From assembly GCA_001938485.1 (NCBI GenBank), contig MQRK01189108.1:3270-56220 (forward strand): a DNA stretch of 52,951 bases, read 5' to 3'. A program made the position numbers and the translations under genes. Under the pieces are notes generated by a model that did not search any database, was not told the DNA's origin, and saw only the letters and a program-made list of their open reading frames with translations. Shown here piece by piece: positions 50,711-52,951 of the stretch (within the stretch, counting starts at the first letter, position 1; every line of letters begins with the position of its first letter). This stretch comes from Girardia tigrina. Lineage: Eukaryota.

Positions 50711-51840
50711 CAGGGTTTTTCATTCAGTTCTGACAATTTTCCAAACGGTTTTGACAATTTATAAAATAATTTTAAAAAATTAAAAAAATATTTTACTTTG
50801 TAATGAAAGATAAAAGATTTTTAAATCTTGTTAGTGTGAGGAATATGGGGTGTAAAATTGTTTTTGTAGTGTTTGCATGTTCAAATTTTGTGTGTTGATT
50901 TGGGATTGTGCCTCTCCTAACCAGATGGATGATCAATATTTTAATTCTTATAATCTGAAAATAATTTATTTAAATTTAGATTTAAATTAGATTTAAATCC
51001 AAATTTTTATTATTGCAACTTTTAAATAATTTTATTGATTTTATTTTTGTAAATTGTTAAATAATTAAAATCAAATTAATGTTTAAAAATGACTATAGAA
51101 AAATTTTATTTAAGCCAATAAAATTTAAATTAAATATTTTTTAATAAAATAATTTTCTCAAGTATTGTTCAGATTATAATGGGAGATATTGAAAATTGAG
51201 TGATGGATTATAGTGAAAGCAATACTATTGATCATCATAAAGATGATAAGAAATGTGAATGTAATAAATGTTCTGTCAAATGTGTGAGTTCTCTTAACAT
51301 TTAGTACAATTATATTGTACATGTTTTAAAGGAAATCAAATTTTATTAAATTATAAAGTTGCTGTTAATTTGATTTCCGGTCAGAAAAGGAGGGGAAAAA
51401 ACTCATTTAAAATAATCTGATAATTGTCTGGCAAACTCATTTACGGAAAACATTTACTTTTACTTCTCTATCACTCACAATGAATAGCTAACTTACATCT
51501 TAATTAGATTTATATGGGAATATGATTATGATAAAAAAGAAAGATAACAGCAACTATAATTTAATAGAATTTGTCAGTTAAACAGTTAGTTAAATTTATT
51601 CAAAAATGATTTTATTCAATTACAGATCGATGACATACTTTTATTTTTTGATACGTTGATTATTTTTATGGTACATAAATGTCTGTATTAACGAATTTCT
51701 ATATTTTACATAAAAAACCCATTTGAAATGAAATCCAAGCATGATTAAATTTTATTAGTTTTGTTCCTTGAGACCAAGATTCTTAGAACATAATGTTTAA
51801 AATTATTTTATAAATTGTCAAAACTGAATGAAAAACCATG
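50711..51840. mobile_element. TA-flanked MITE hosting a solo LTR
   Basis: TA|CAGGGTTTTTTCATTCAGTT...TTTTGACAATTTATAAAATAATTTTAAA and its inverted counterpart ending AACTGAATGAAAAACCATG|TA. Confidence 0.7.
50835..51299 (+). mobile_element. Solo LTR of the Gypsy family (465 bp, TG...CA)
   Basis: Colinear with 216-810; flanks GTTAG / TTTAG (4/5 TSD match). Confidence 0.88.
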
Positions 51841-51949
51841 TAATATTATTATAACTAGTATATATTATCATAATAATTATTATTTGTAATATTTTTTCTG
51901 ATTATTGCTTTACTAATTATTATTTTGATAATTATTTTCCTATCATAAT

Positions 51950-52053
51950 TTATTAATATATCATAATTCAGCCATCTGGATAGGAGAGACACAATCCGAA
52001 TCAACACACAACATGCAATTTAGTACAACACACAATTCAGAACATTCCTCACA
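51950..52053 (-). mobile_element. 5' fragment of a related LTR
   Basis: Reverse complement TGTGAGGAATG...GTGTTGATTCGGATTGTGTCTCTCCTATCCAGATGG. Confidence 0.65.
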
Positions 52054-52239
52054 TATATTTTTATTTAATTTATAATTCATAAAAAATAATACTCAATCAA
52101 TCGACGTACAGATTCATCACAAAACTGTGTCTGATCGACACGATCCTTTCTCGTCAATTCGCCGCCTTGCAACCAATTATTATTATTATTATAAATATTA
52201 CTTTTTTGATAATTATTTTCATAATATCATTGTTATTCT

Positions 52240-52951
52240 CAAAGAAAAATTACTGTTTCTAGATTTATTAATTGATAAAAAATACATTTTGAGAAAGAAA
52301 TTGATCGTAAGACAACTGATACTGGTCTATACACATCACCAGACAGTTTTTGTGAGTCTAGAGATGAGAGCAATATGATCAAAGGTTCGCTTTACCGTTC
52401 ACGCTCCCTTTCTTCTACTTTTATTAAGTCTAATAAAAGCATTGAAGCAATGAGTAAATTGATGAATAACAATAAATATTCGAAGTCTTTTATAGCGAAA
52501 CTCACTCATGAGACTTTAGACAAAATAATTGAAAGAGAACGAATTAGGACTGCTCAGTCTAACGAGACATTAATTCACCTGAGGATGAAAAATTGAAGGA
52601 TGACGTCGAGAAGGATCTTAAGATTGTAAATTCTTTCATATCTGGTTACACATTGAGCTTATCTCATTCTGAAGGATTCAAATGTCCAAAGAATTACATT
52701 CTTAAAGCAACAAATAATCTTTTAATTTTAAAAATCATTTCTCAATCATTTAAAGTTGAAAATATGTTTAGTAATAAATCTCCATTGAGTTTGTGTTCGG
52801 TCGTGATTGATCAGTGTACGTGTAGTGGTTGCAATGGCACAATCATCGCAGAGACTGCCCGCCATCTCTGCAAACGAGTGCAAGAGCGCGCTTATAGACG
52901 GGGCGAGAGTAATATTGCTGAGCAGAGGAGAACTTGTAAATGTGATTTGAG
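52240..52951 (+). mobile_element. Degenerate Penelope-like element (RT thumb and GIY-YIG endonuclease), continuing beyond the window
   Basis: LFLDLLI...RKTTDTGLY...NMIKG; VIDQCTCSGCNGTIIAETARHLCKRVQE (decayed GIY-YIG). Confidence 0.8.

Noticed and set aside
1-52951. Prokaryotic features (CRISPR arrays, operons) and tRNA/rRNA genes
   Set aside because: Spliceosomal introns and eukaryotic TEs throughout; no repeat-spacer arrays or recognisable tRNA/rRNA seen by eye.

Overview
Very AT-rich eukaryotic (metazoan) genomic DNA with spliceosomal introns and three assembly gaps (9834-9973, 13982-14052, 33542-34429). A free-living flatworm is plausible but unproven. Two host genes converge. On the + strand is the last exon of a CPS1/CPS III-type carbamoyl-phosphate synthetase (4833-5111). 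On the - strand is a CBP/p300 acetyltransferase with six phase-consistent exons (49128 to 17176; partial KIX, bromo, RING, PHD, HAT, ZZ, TAZ2, divergent NCBD); its 5' end was not found. The rest is a nested transposon graveyard: Gypsy LTRs, Penelope-like elements, an RT-deleted NeSL-like retroelement with a Ulp1-type protease, mariner DD34D, DD41D, IS630/Tc1, Chapaev3, piggyBac, hAT, MULE, Tigger and MITEs. The most notable signal absent from the ORF track is five minimal type I hammerhead ribozyme motifs with differing, covarying stems. One sits in a 121-bp insertion with an 11-bp TSD inside a Gypsy LTR, two converge on a (TA)n tract, and three lie sense within host introns. All calls come from manual reading and recalled motifs; no searches were run.
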